A stretch of DNA of 33,248 nt from Candidatus Iainarchaeum sp. Lineage in GTDB: Archaea; Iainarchaeota; Iainarchaeia; Iainarchaeales; JAFCFF01. Shown here one piece after another: positions 33,176 through 33,248 of the stretch. Both the position numbers and the translations under genes were made by a program. The stretch spans positions 1-33,248 of the forward strand of contig JAFCFF010000001.1 in the NCBI GenBank assembly GCA_017608775.1, given 5' to 3'. The notes under the pieces are model-generated. The model made no database searches. It had not been told where the DNA came from and saw nothing but the letters and a program-made list of their open reading frames with translations. The stretch's first letter is position 1, and each line of letters begins with the position of its first letter.

Positions 33176-33248
33176 ATGGAAGAAGAAACATTAAGGAAAT
33201 TAAAAACAAAAAATATTGGAAGAAGAAAATGGCTTTTGAAAAGAAAAA
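33176..33248 (+). CDS. rps14: Start of the next operon gene, probably ribosomal protein uS14 (partial)
   Basis: GGTGAaattATG at 33176. The synteny slot after uL5 supports uS14. Only 24 codons (MEEETLRKLKTKNIGRRKWLLKRK) are visible, too few to confirm. Confidence 0.4.
   Translation, partial: MEEETLRKLKTKNIGRRKWLLKRK

Noticed and set aside
1-33248. CRISPR arrays, transposases/integrases, rRNA genes, toxin-antitoxin or defence islands
   Set aside because: I scanned for regularly spaced repeats, long inverted terminal repeats, and DDE/tyrosine-recombinase-like ORFs, and found none. All larger ORFs are accounted for by housekeeping genes or the three unknowns listed.

Overview
AT-rich, tightly packed archaeal chromosome segment. 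The archaeal assignment rests on a split rpoB (B''/B'), split rpoA (A'/A''), rpoH, aEF-2/aEF-1alpha, eL30, eS4, aIF1/SUI1, RNase P Rpp29, and an intron-containing tRNA-Tyr with a C1:G72 pair. Small gene sizes, very short spacers and fast-evolving core proteins suggest a reduced-genome (DPANN-like) archaeon, but that is inference only. Positions ~9.3-33.2 kb are one long plus-strand transcription/translation supercluster: rpoH-rpoB''-rpoB'-rpoA'-rpoA''-eL30-nusA-uS12-uS7-aEF2-aEF1a-uS10, then archease, two unknown minus-strand genes and rtcB, then uL3-uL4-uL23-uL2-uS19-uL22-uS3-uL29-SUI1-Rpp29-uS17-uL14-uL24-eS4-uL5-(uS14). Positions 1-9.2 kb hold housekeeping genes: a DAC-domain protein, Nudix, an MBL-fold protein, purF, GGPP synthase, a Dph6-like ligase and Taw1. 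This part also has four tRNAs (Glu, Thr, Pro, Tyr with intron), two small Cys-rich zinc-ribbon genes missed by the >=60-aa ORF track, and one unusually long (~590 bp) AT-rich spacer containing a 20-codon polybasic micro-ORF. I see no CRISPR array, transposase/integrase, rRNA or recognisable defence system, and no convincing multi-gene novel system. The observations most worth follow-up are: (1) uS7 has no canonical start codon, and ACG sits exactly where ATG is expected; (2) the polybasic micro-gene with the strongest SD in the window; (3) a DAC-domain protein with a C-terminal membrane anchor and RHA instead of RHR; (4) an unknown two-gene antisense cassette splitting archease from rtcB; (5) Lys/Arg at near-universal trigger-loop Phe positions of RpoA''; (6) a NusA homologue without GXXG motifs. 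All functional calls come from reading motifs and synteny by eye. No searches were run.
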